A stretch of DNA of 64,000 bases from Betaproteobacteria bacterium (GTDB lineage: Bacteria > Pseudomonadota > Gammaproteobacteria > Burkholderiales > SG8-39), in contig JAOUIL010000004.1 in NCBI GenBank assembly GCA_029883975.1, positions 7,812 through 71,811 of the forward strand, read 5' to 3'. A model generated the notes under the pieces. It did no database searches. It saw only the letters and a list, made by a program, of their open reading frames with translations, and had not been told where the DNA came from. Below are positions 37,297 to 45,787 of this stretch, in pieces (the stretch's first letter is position 1; each line of letters opens with the position of its first letter). Position numbers and translations under genes: made by a program.

Positions 37297-38586
37297 CTAG
37301 CGCCCGTAATAGCGGTACTGGTTGCCGCCGGACTGCTTGGCGCGGTACATCGCCGCGTCGGCATTGCGCAGCAGCGCCTCGCCGTCGCGCGCGTCCTCGG
37401 GAAAGAGCGACACGCCGATGCTCGCGCCCAGGCGCACCGCCTCGCCCTCGACCTGCACCGGCGCCTCGACGGCGCGCAGGATCTTGTCGGCGACGACCGC
37501 GCAGTCCTCGCGGTGGCCGAGCGCGGGGATCACGACGACGAACTCGTCACCGCCCTGGCGCGCAAGCGTATCGGCTTTGCGCATGCACGCGCCGAGCCGC
37601 TGCGCCACCTCGCGCAGCGCGGCATCCCCGCCGCGGTGCCCGAGGCGGTCGTTGACCAGCTTGAAGTCGTCGAGGTCCACCAGCATCACCGCCACCTGCG
37701 TGCCGCGCCGCTGCGCCAGGTGCAGCGCCTGGCCCAGGCGGTCGTCGAGCAGCCGCCGGTTGGGCAGGCCAGTCAGCACGTCGTGGTAGGCGAGGAAGCG
37801 CACCTCTTCCTCGCGCCGCTTGCGCGCCGTGATGTCCTGCGACACGCCGATCATGCGCGCCGCGCGCCCCGCGGCGTCGCCGAGGATCTTGCCGCGCGCG
37901 GAGATCCAGGTGACCTGGCCATCGCGGCCGAGGATGCGGTGCTCCGCGGCATAGGGCTGCCGGCCCTCCCAGGCGGCGCGCGCGTCCGCGAGGTAGCGCT
38001 CGGCGTCCTCGGGATGCACGAGCTGCAGGTACTCGCTCCAGGGCATGCTGCGGCCCTCCAACGCGTCGAGGTGGCCCGCGGGATGGCGGCCCCAGTGCAG
38101 CCGGCTCGACGCCTGGTCCCACTCCCAGACCATCAACTCGGCTACGTCCACCGCGAGGCGCAGCTTTTCCACGCTCTCCTGCAGCGCGGCGGCGGCCGCG
38201 CGCTCCTCGCTGATGTCGCGCGCCGTGCCCGTGGCGCCGAGCAGGGTGCCGTGCGCGTCGCGCAGCGGCACCGCGTTGAAGGAAAGGTCCACGTGCGAGC
38301 CGTCGTGCCGGCGGTGGCGCGTTTCGAGGCGGAACACCGACTGCCCCGCGAGCACGCGGCCGAACACGGCGCGGTCGCGCTCGCGCAGCGTCTCCTCGGC
38401 CGCGGCCTGCATCGGCTGGCCGAGCAGCTCCGCGGCCTCGCACGCGTAGATGCGGCGCGTGGCGGCGGGGCTCAGGTAGCTCCAGCAACCCGCAAGATCG
38501 ACCGCCCACAGCAGGTCGTTCGAGGTCTCCGCGAGGCTCTGCCAGAGCGCGTCGCTAGGCGGCGGGATGCGGCTCGAGGCGTTCAA
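37297..38586 (-). CDS. PAS-PAS-GGDEF diguanylate cyclase
   Basis: Active site GGDEF (RQGGDEFVVV) with an RxxD I-site (RKAD) 5 residues upstream, and two PAS domains. The tentative start TTG 38586 overlaps the upstream gene by 32 nt; the first ATG would truncate PAS1. Confidence 0.85.
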   Translation of the reverse strand: MNASSRIPPPSDALWQSLAETSNDLLWAVDLAGCWSYLSPAATRRIYACEAAELLGQPMQAAAEETLRERDRAVFGRVLAGQSVFRLETRHRRHDGSHVDLSFNAVPLRDAHGTLLGATGTARDISEERAAAAALQESVEKLRLAVDVAELMVWEWDQASSRLHWGRHPAGHLDALEGRSMPWSEYLQLVHPEDAERYLADARAAWEGRQPYAAEHRILGRDGQVTWISARGKILGDAAGRAARMIGVSQDITARKRREEEVRFLAYHDVLTGLPNRRLLDDRLGQALHLAQRRGTQVAVMLVDLDDFKLVNDRLGHRGGDAALREVAQRLGACMRKADTLARQGGDEFVVVIPALGHREDCAVVADKILRAVEAPVQVEGEAVRLGASIGVSLFPEDARDGEALLRNADAAMYRAKQSGGNQYRYYGR

Positions 38587-40597
38587 CCTGCACCGTGCAG
38601 TCGTAGAAGGTGGCGCCGCCGCCAAGGTCGGCGGTGCGCTGCGCCGTGAGGTTGTTGGCGTTGCCGCCGTCGGGCGAGTGCTTCTTCCACCACACCGAGG
38701 GCGCGACCACCACGCCGGGACGCGGGCGGTCGTTGACCCGCGCGCGCAGCCGCAGGCTGCCGCGCGCGTTGAACACGCGCACCTGGTCGCCGTCGCGAAT
38801 GCCGCGCGCCGCGGCGTCCGCGGCGTGCATCTCCAGCCGCGGCTCGCCTTCCAGCTCGCGGAAGCGCTCGAGGTGCGCGAAGCTCGAGTTGAGGAAGTTG
38901 CGCGCCGGGGGCGACAGGAACGCGAGCGCCCCGGGCGTCGCCCCTTCCGCCGGCGGGTGGTAGAACGGCAGCGGATCCATGCCCTGGCGCTCGAGCGCCG
39001 CGCTGTAGAACTCGCACTTGCCCGAGGGCGTGGGAAAGCCGCCTGCGGCGAACGGCGCAAAGCGCGCGGGCACGTCGAGCCGCTGCCAGCCGGTCCTCTT
39101 CATGGCTTCCCAGTCGATGCCCCGCATGCGCGGCTGCGTCGAGGCGAGCGCCGTGCGGCAGATGTCCTCGTCGGAATCGCGAAAGCACGGCTCGTCGAAG
39201 CCCATGCGCGCCGCGAGGCGCCGGAAGACCTCCGAGTTGGGCAGCGACTCGCCCACCGGCGCGATCGCCGGGTTGTTGGCCAGCGCGTACAGGTGCCCAT
39301 AGGACTTGTGCACGTCGTAGTGCTCGAGCTGCGTGGTCGCGGGCAGCACGAGGTCCGCGTAGTCGGCGGTGTCGGTCATGAAGGAGTCCATGACCACGCA
39401 GTACAGGTCCTCGCGCCGGAAGCCGGCGAGCACCTTCTCCGAGTCCGGGCAGACCGCGACCGGGTTGTTGTTGTAGACGATCACCGCCTTCACCGGCGGC
39501 TCGGCGGCGGTGAGCGCGTCGCCGAGCTGCGCGTGGTTGACGACGCGCGGCCTGCGCCCGGCGAGCAGGTCGGGGCGCTCGAGCGCCGCGTGGTCGAAGC
39601 CGTAGAAGTCCGCGGTCGTGAGCACGATGCCGCCGGCCACGTCGCGCCACGCGCCGGTGAGCGCCGGCAGGCAGGCGATGGTGCGCGCGGCGATGCCGCC
39701 GCCCGCGTGCCGCTGCATGCCGTAATTGAGGCGGATCGCGGCGGGCTTCGTGGTGCCGTAGTCGCGCGCGAGCTGCACGATGGTCTCGACTGGCAGCCCG
39801 CAGATATCCGCGGCCCACTGCGGGGTGGTCTGCTTGACGCGCTCGGCCAGTGGCTCGAAGCCGACCGTGTGGCGCGCGATGTAGTCGCGATCGAGCAGGC
39901 CTTCCGCGATCAGCACGTGCATCATGGCGAGCGCGAGCGCGCCGTCGGTGCCCGGCAGCAGCGCCACGTGCTGCGTACACTTCTCCGCCGAGAGGCTGCG
40001 ATAGGGATCGATCGCCACCACCTTCGCGCCGCGGCGCTTGGCTTCCTGCACGCGCGACCACAGGTGCAGATTGGACACCACCGGGTTCGCGCCCCACAGC
40101 AGGATCAGCTTCGCTTCGTCGAAGCGCTCGGGATCCATGCCCACCGAGCCGCCGAGCGTGACCTTGATGCCCGCCTTGCCCGCCGAGGAGCACAGCGTGC
40201 GGTCGAGCTGCGAACTGCCGAGCTTGTGGAAGAAGCGCCGGTCCATCGAGCTGTACTGCACCATGCCCATCGTGCCGGCGTAGCTGAGCGGCAGGATGGT
40301 CTGCGGATCTTCGGCGGCAAGCGTCTTGAGGCGCGCGGCGATCTCGTCGAGCGCCTCGTCCCAGGAAACACGCGCGAAGCGGCCGCTGCCCTTAGGTCCG
40401 ACGCGCTTCAAGGGGTGCTTCAGGCGGTCGGGCGCGTAGGTGCGCTCGAGGTAGTGCGCGACCTTGGTGCAGAGCGTGCCGGCGGTGAACGGCATGTCCG
40501 GGTCGCCCTGGATCTTCACTGCCACACCGTCCTCGACCGTCACCAGCATCCCGCAGGTGTCCGGGCAATCGTGCGGGCAGGCGGCGCGGACCAGCAT
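38555..40597 (-). CDS. cytoplasmic molybdopterin (bis-MGD) oxidoreductase family protein, substrate unknown
   Basis: 680 aa from ATG 40597. An N-terminal 4Fe-4S motif is present (CPHDCPDTCG ... C) and there is no Tat signal. MopB and C-terminal molydopterin dinucleotide-binding character runs throughout. Confidence 0.9.
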   Translation of the reverse strand: MLVRAACPHDCPDTCGMLVTVEDGVAVKIQGDPDMPFTAGTLCTKVAHYLERTYAPDRLKHPLKRVGPKGSGRFARVSWDEALDEIAARLKTLAAEDPQTILPLSYAGTMGMVQYSSMDRRFFHKLGSSQLDRTLCSSAGKAGIKVTLGGSVGMDPERFDEAKLILLWGANPVVSNLHLWSRVQEAKRRGAKVVAIDPYRSLSAEKCTQHVALLPGTDGALALAMMHVLIAEGLLDRDYIARHTVGFEPLAERVKQTTPQWAADICGLPVETIVQLARDYGTTKPAAIRLNYGMQRHAGGGIAARTIACLPALTGAWRDVAGGIVLTTADFYGFDHAALERPDLLAGRRPRVVNHAQLGDALTAAEPPVKAVIVYNNNPVAVCPDSEKVLAGFRREDLYCVVMDSFMTDTADYADLVLPATTQLEHYDVHKSYGHLYALANNPAIAPVGESLPNSEVFRRLAARMGFDEPCFRDSDEDICRTALASTQPRMRGIDWEAMKRTGWQRLDVPARFAPFAAGGFPTPSGKCEFYSAALERQGMDPLPFYHPPAEGATPGALAFLSPPARNFLNSSFAHLERFRELEGEPRLEMHAADAAARGIRDGDQVRVFNARGSLRLRARVNDRPRPGVVVAPSVWWKKHSPDGGNANNLTAQRTADLGGGATFYDCTVQVERLEPHPAA

Positions 40598-40607
40598 GCG
40601 CCGGATA

Positions 40608-41813
40608 CTACACGCGCAGCGCCTCGTCGAGCAGTTCCACCCAGTGGCACACGGGCACCTCCGCCGCGCCCTGCAGATGCACGAGGCAGCCGATGTTGGC
40701 AGTGACGATGCCGACCGGCTGGCCGCTTTGCAGCGCGGCAACCTTGCGGCGCTGCAGCTCGCCGGCGAGCTGCGGCTGCAGGATCGAGTAGGTGCCCGCG
40801 GAGCCGCAGCACAGGTGCGCCTCGGGCACCGGCGTGGGCTCGAAGCCGGCGCGCGCGAGCACGGCCTCCACCTTGCCACGTACCTGCTGGCCGTGCTGCA
40901 GCGAGCAGGGCGAATGGCAGGCCACGCGCCCGAGCCCGGCGCGCGCCGGCAGCGCCTCGGGCGCGACCACCTCGCTCAGGTCGCGCGCCAGCGCGGCGAC
41001 GCGCGCCGCCTTGTCGCGGTAGGCCGGGTCGTGCGCGAGCAAATGGCCGTACTCGCGCACGGTGGACCCGCAGCCGCTCGCGGTCATGACGATCGCCTCG
41101 ATCTCGCCGCGCTCGATCGCCGGCCACCAGGCATCGATCACGCGCCGCATGTCGTCCAGCCCCGCCGCCTGGTCGTTGAGGTGGTAGCGCAGCGCGCCGC
41201 AGCAGCCGGCGCCCTGCGCCTCGAGGAGCGACACGCCCAGGCGATCGAGCACGCGCGCGGCGGCGGCGTTGATGCGCGGCGCGAGCGCGGGCTGCACGCA
41301 GCCGGCGAGCGCGAGCATCTTGCGCGCGTGGCGCGGCGCCGGCCAGTCGCCGGCCGGCGCTGCAGGCGCGGGAACCAGCCCGGGCAGCAGGAAGCGGAAC
41401 GGCCGCCCGAAAGCGAGCAGCAGCGCGAACAAGCGCGTTCTCGGCAGCGTGAAGGCGAGCGCCGCGCGCAGCATTCGCTGCCACAGGCTGCGCGGCACGC
41501 GCGCCTCGACGATGCCGCGTCCGATGTCCGCGAGGCGCGCGTAGCGCACGCCCGAAGGACAGGTCGTCTCGCACGCGCGGCAGGTCAGGCAGCGGTCCAG
41601 GTGCAGCTGCGTGCGCGCGGAGGGCGGCGCGCCCTCCAGCACCTGCTTGACCAGGTAGATGCGGCCGCGCGGCCCGTCGAGCTCGTCGCCCAGCAGCTGG
41701 TAGGTCGGGCAGGTGGCCGTGCAAAAGCCGCAGTGCACGCACTTGCGCAGGATGGCGTCCGCCTCGCGTCCCTCGGGCGTGTCGCGGATGAAATCGGCGA
41801 GTTCGGTCTGCAT
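40608..41813 (-). CDS. glcF: glycolate oxidase iron-sulfur subunit
   Basis: 401 aa with two ferredoxin-type clusters (CVHCGFCTATCP, CLTCRACETTCP) and CCG domains. Confidence 0.93.
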   Translation of the reverse strand: MQTELADFIRDTPEGREADAILRKCVHCGFCTATCPTYQLLGDELDGPRGRIYLVKQVLEGAPPSARTQLHLDRCLTCRACETTCPSGVRYARLADIGRGIVEARVPRSLWQRMLRAALAFTLPRTRLFALLLAFGRPFRFLLPGLVPAPAAPAGDWPAPRHARKMLALAGCVQPALAPRINAAAARVLDRLGVSLLEAQGAGCCGALRYHLNDQAAGLDDMRRVIDAWWPAIERGEIEAIVMTASGCGSTVREYGHLLAHDPAYRDKAARVAALARDLSEVVAPEALPARAGLGRVACHSPCSLQHGQQVRGKVEAVLARAGFEPTPVPEAHLCCGSAGTYSILQPQLAGELQRRKVAALQSGQPVGIVTANIGCLVHLQGAAEVPVCHWVELLDEALRV

Positions 41814-41836
41814 GGAGGGGCCGCTATACTCGCCGC

Positions 41837-42469
41837 ATGCCGACGCTGGTCACGCTCGCGACGCTGGTGATACTCGCCGGAACCGCGGTGTGGATCGCCT
41901 TCGTGGTGCGCAAGTACAAGGCGCGCAAGGCGTTCGAGCGCCAGCGCGAGGCGCAGTTCGTGGCCGAGATGCTGCGCGCAAAGCCGCAGGCGGCGACCCC
42001 GGCGCCCGCCGCTGCGCCTGCGCCCACCGCTGCGCCTGCGCCCGCCGCGGCGGCAGCGACACCGGCTGCGGCGCCCGCGGATCCGCTCTCGGCCGCCGCA
42101 CTGAGCATCCGCAAGGCGCTCTCCACAGGCCGCGCCTCGGACGCCGCCCAGGCGTTCCTCGGCGTGGTCGCTGAGCGCAACAAGCTGAGTCTCGAGCCAC
42201 CCGTGTGGGAGGGCCTCGGGCGCGCGCTCCTCGCGCAGGGCGCCTTCATGGAAGCGGCCTGGGCCCTGCACGCCGGTGCCGCGCTCGCCGGCGACCTCCC
42301 CGGCGCGCAGAAGCGCCTGGTCGAGGTCGCCAACAGGGCCGGCGACGCGGGGCAGCCGCAGCATGCGGTCAAGCTGTACCAGACGCTGCTCGCCAAGTAT
42401 CCGCAGTCGCAGTACGCCGACTTCGTGCGCGCCAACATCAAGGAGCAGGAAAGGAAGCTCAAGGGCTAG
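41837..42469 (+). CDS. membrane-anchored protein with Pro/Ala-rich linker and TPR-like C-terminal domain
   Basis: 210 aa. An N-terminal TM helix is followed by KYKARK, a PA-rich linker, and a C-terminal YbgF/TPR-like region (KLYQTLLAKYPQSQYADFVRANI). Third-position GC bias is strong. Confidence 0.65.
   Translation: MPTLVTLATLVILAGTAVWIAFVVRKYKARKAFERQREAQFVAEMLRAKPQAATPAPAAAPAPTAAPAPAAAAATPAAAPADPLSAAALSIRKALSTGRASDAAQAFLGVVAERNKLSLEPPVWEGLGRALLAQGAFMEAAWALHAGAALAGDLPGAQKRLVEVANRAGDAGQPQHAVKLYQTLLAKYPQSQYADFVRANIKEQERKLKG
42004..42039 (+). repeat. 18-nt tandem repeat (2 copies plus a degenerate third) encoding the Pro/Ala linker
   Basis: GCCCGCCGCTGCGCCTGC (42004-42021) followed by GCCCACCGCTGCGCCTGC (42022-42039). 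Confidence 0.8.
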
Positions 42470-43521
42470 AGATCCGGATAGAGCCGGCCGGGATTGAACA
42501 CGCCGGCGGGATCGAAGGCGGCTTTCAGCTCGCGATGCAGTCGCTTCGCGCCCATGGCAAGCGGCGCGAACACGCCGGCTGACTTGTCCCCACCGCGAAA
42601 CAGCGTCGCATGGCCGCCGGCGCTCGCGGCCGCGGCGCGCACCGCTGCGGCGTCGGCCTCGGTGCGCAGCCAGCGCAGCGCGCCGCCCCACTCGATCAGC
42701 GGCGCGCCGGCGAGCGCGAGGGGCGCTGCCGGCGCCGGCAGCGACAGCCGCCACAACGGCGCCGCGCCGGCGAAGAACGGGTGCGTGTGCTCGCGGATGC
42801 TTTCCCAGAAGCGCCCGGCGTCGCCAGGCGCAAGCGTGTGTCCGCCGAGGTGTTGCGCCGCGGCGCGCACGGCGCGCTCGGCGCCGGAGAGCCGCAGGTG
42901 CAGCTCGCCATCCCGCCAGGCGCTCGCGGTGACAGGTAACGGCTGTCCCGCCCAGCGGTTGAGCGCCTCCAGTGCCTTGTCCTGCGGCAGCTCGAGCCGC
43001 AGCGTCGCCTCGGCCGGCGGGCGCGGCAGGACTTTCAGCGACACCTCGAGGATCAGCCCGAGCGTGCCAAGCGAGCCGGCGAGCAGGCGCGCGACGTCGT
43101 AGCCGGCGACGTTCTTCATCACGCGCCCGCCGAAGGCGAGCTCGTCCGCGCGCCCGTCGAGCAGCCGCGCGCCGAGCACGAAGTCGCGCACCGCCCCGGC
43201 GGCGGCGCGCCGCGGGCCCGACAGCCCCGCCGCCACACAGCCGCCGAGCGTCGCGTCCGCGCCAAAGCGCGGCGGCTCGAACGGCAGCATTTGCCCCTTT
43301 TCGGCAAGCGCCGCCTCCAGCTCGGCGAGCGGCGTGCCGCAGCGCGCCGTCACCACCAGCTCGGTCGCCTCGTACTCGACGATGCCGGCGTGCACGCGCG
43401 TATCGAGGATCTCGCCGCGCGGCTCGCCGCCGTAGAAGTCCTTGCTGCCGCCGCCGCGCAGCCGCAAGGCGGCCCGGCGGCCGGCGGCGTCGCGAATGCG
43501 CTCGCGCAGGCGCTCGAGCAT
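42466..43521 (-). CDS. glcE: glycolate oxidase FAD-binding subunit
   Basis: 351 aa from ATG 43521. It has an FAD-binding PCMH-type domain (RGGGSKDFYG ..., NVAGYDVARLL). Confidence 0.9.
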   Translation of the reverse strand: MLERLRERIRDAAGRRAALRLRGGGSKDFYGGEPRGEILDTRVHAGIVEYEATELVVTARCGTPLAELEAALAEKGQMLPFEPPRFGADATLGGCVAAGLSGPRRAAAGAVRDFVLGARLLDGRADELAFGGRVMKNVAGYDVARLLAGSLGTLGLILEVSLKVLPRPPAEATLRLELPQDKALEALNRWAGQPLPVTASAWRDGELHLRLSGAERAVRAAAQHLGGHTLAPGDAGRFWESIREHTHPFFAGAAPLWRLSLPAPAAPLALAGAPLIEWGGALRWLRTEADAAAVRAAAASAGGHATLFRGGDKSAGVFAPLAMGAKRLHRELKAAFDPAGVFNPGRLYPDL

Positions 43522-45008
43522 CAGAAGCGCGGCAGGCCGGGATGCGCCGCGGCGGCCGCGGCGTGCACGTGCCGGTGACCGAACTCGGCGCAGCGCGCGA
43601 GCGTCGGCACCGCCTTGCCGGGGTTGAGCAGGCCCGCCGGGTCGAACACGCGCTTCACGGCGTGGAACAGCGCCAGCTCCGCGTCGCTGAACTGCGCGCA
43701 CATCTGGTCGATCTTCTCCACGCCCACGCCGTGCTCGCCGGTGATCGTGCCGCCCACCGCGATGCACTTCTCCAGCACCTCGGCGGCGAACGCCTCGGTG
43801 CGCCGCAGCTCGTCGGCGCTGTTGGCGTCGAACAGGATCAGCGGGTGCAGGTTGCCGTCCCCGGCGTGGAACACGTTCGGGCAGCGCAGGCCGTGCTTGG
43901 CTTCCATCTCGCCGATGAAGCGCAGCACCTCGCCCAAGCGCGCGCGCGGGATCGTGCCGTCCATGCAGTAGTAGTCGGGCGAGATGCGTCCCATCGCCGG
44001 GAAGGCCGCCTTGCGGCCCGACCAGAAGCGCAGCCGCTCGGCCTCGTCGCGCGACACCGCGAGGCGCGTGGCCCCCGCGCGCGCGAGCACCTCCTTCACC
44101 TTCGCGATCTCGTCCTCGACCTCCTCGGGCAAGCCGTCGGCCTCGCACAGCAGGATCGCCGCGGCATCCACGTCGTAGCCCGCGCCGACGAACTCCTCGA
44201 CCGCGCGCGTCGCCGGCCGGTCCATCATCTCCAGCCCCGCCGGGATGATGCCGGCCGCGATCACCGCGGCAACCGCGTCGCCGGCCTTCTGCACGTCGTC
44301 GAAGGAAGCCATGACCACGCGCGCGGCGGGTGGCTTCGGCAGGAGCTTGACCGTGATCTCGGTAGCGACGGCGAGCAGGCCCTCCGAGCCGACCAGCAGC
44401 GCGAGCAGGTCGAGGCCCGGCGCGTCGGGCGCCTCGGAACCGGCCTCGAGCGGCTCGCCGTCCATCGTGTAGCCGCGCACGCGCAGCACGTTGTGCACGG
44501 TCAGGCCGTACTTGAGGCAATGCACGCCGCCCGAGTTTTCGGCGACGTTGCCGCCGATCGAGCAGGCGATCTGGCTCGACGGGTCCGGTGCGTAGTACAG
44601 GCCGAAGGGCGCCGCGGCGTCCGAGATCGCGGCGTTGCGCACGCCGGGCTGCACGACCGCGAGGCGCGCCACGGGGTCGACGCGCAGGATGCGCATGAAC
44701 TTCGCCAGCGACAGCAGCACGCCGTCGCCCGGCGGCAGCGCGCCGCCGGACAGCCCCGTGCCGGCGCCGCGCGGCACGACTGGCACGCCCATGGCGTGGC
44801 ATGCGCGCAGCACCTGCTGCACCTGTGCCTCCGTCTCCGGCAAGGCGACTACCATCGGCAATTTGCGGTACGCGGTCAGCCCGTCGCACTCGTACGGGCG
44901 CGTGTCTTCTTCCTGCCACAGCACCGAGCGCGCGGGCAGGATCTCGCGCAGCCGCGCCGCAGTGGCGCGCTGGCGCTCGGCGTCTATGCGAGGTACGGCT
45001 GCGCCCAT
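43521..45008 (-). CDS. glcD: glycolate oxidase subunit GlcD
   Basis: 495 aa with an FAD-linked oxidase N-terminal domain (VVPRGAGTGLSGGALP) and a conserved C-terminal half. Confidence 0.95.
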   Translation of the reverse strand: MGAAVPRIDAERQRATAARLREILPARSVLWQEEDTRPYECDGLTAYRKLPMVVALPETEAQVQQVLRACHAMGVPVVPRGAGTGLSGGALPPGDGVLLSLAKFMRILRVDPVARLAVVQPGVRNAAISDAAAPFGLYYAPDPSSQIACSIGGNVAENSGGVHCLKYGLTVHNVLRVRGYTMDGEPLEAGSEAPDAPGLDLLALLVGSEGLLAVATEITVKLLPKPPAARVVMASFDDVQKAGDAVAAVIAAGIIPAGLEMMDRPATRAVEEFVGAGYDVDAAAILLCEADGLPEEVEDEIAKVKEVLARAGATRLAVSRDEAERLRFWSGRKAAFPAMGRISPDYYCMDGTIPRARLGEVLRFIGEMEAKHGLRCPNVFHAGDGNLHPLILFDANSADELRRTEAFAAEVLEKCIAVGGTITGEHGVGVEKIDQMCAQFSDAELALFHAVKRVFDPAGLLNPGKAVPTLARCAEFGHRHVHAAAAAAHPGLPRF

Positions 45009-45766
45009 CGGAGACCCTCCACGGTGTCAGCTTTCGGAATGTACTCGCAGCCGATCCAGCCGCGATAGCCCAGGCGGTCGATGTGCGGCAGCAGGAATTC
45101 GAAATTGATCTCGCCGGTGCCGGGCTCGTGCCGGTCGGGCACGTCCGCGAGCTGCAGGTGGCCGATCTTCGGCAGCAGGCGCTCGATGGTCTTCGCCAGG
45201 TCGCCTTCCACGATCTGCATGTGGAAGATGTCGTACTGCAGCATCAGGTTGGGTGCGCCCGCCGCCTCGATCGTCTCGACCGCCTGGCGCGACGTGTTGA
45301 GGAAGAAGCCCGGCACGCTGCGCGGGTTGATGGGCTCGAGCAGCAGCGTCATGCCGGCGGCCGCGAGCCTGCCGGCCGCGAATCGCAGGTTCTCGACCAG
45401 CGTCTCGAACAGCAGCTCGGGCGCCGTGTCGACGGGCGCGATGCCGGCAAGCGCGTTCAGCCGCGGGCAGCCGGCGGCGCGCGCGTACTCGATCGCGCGC
45501 TCCACGCCCTCGCGGAACTCGGCGACGCGCGCCGGCAGGCAGGCGATGCCGCGGTCGCCCTGCGCCCCGTCGCCCGCCGGCAGGTTGTGCAGCACCACCT
45601 CGACCCCTGCGTCGCGCGCGCGCGCGGCGACTTCGGCGGCGCTGCCGAACGGATAGGGAAACTGGTACTCGACGTAGCGGAAGCCGGCGCGCGCGGCCGC
45701 TGCGAATCGGTCCATAAACGGAATCTGCGGGAACAGCATCGATACGTTCGCGGCGAGCAGCGGCAT
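44984..45766 (-). CDS. hyi: hydroxypyruvate isomerase family protein
   Basis: 260 aa, TIM-barrel xylose-isomerase-like, with N-terminus MPLLAANVSMLFPQIPFMDRF and C-terminal GWIGCEY. Confidence 0.92.
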   Translation of the reverse strand: MPLLAANVSMLFPQIPFMDRFAAAARAGFRYVEYQFPYPFGSAAEVAARARDAGVEVVLHNLPAGDGAQGDRGIACLPARVAEFREGVERAIEYARAAGCPRLNALAGIAPVDTAPELLFETLVENLRFAAGRLAAAGMTLLLEPINPRSVPGFFLNTSRQAVETIEAAGAPNLMLQYDIFHMQIVEGDLAKTIERLLPKIGHLQLADVPDRHEPGTGEINFEFLLPHIDRLGYRGWIGCEYIPKADTVEGLRWAQPYLA

Positions 45767-45787
45767 GCGCGGCTATGTTAGCTAAGA

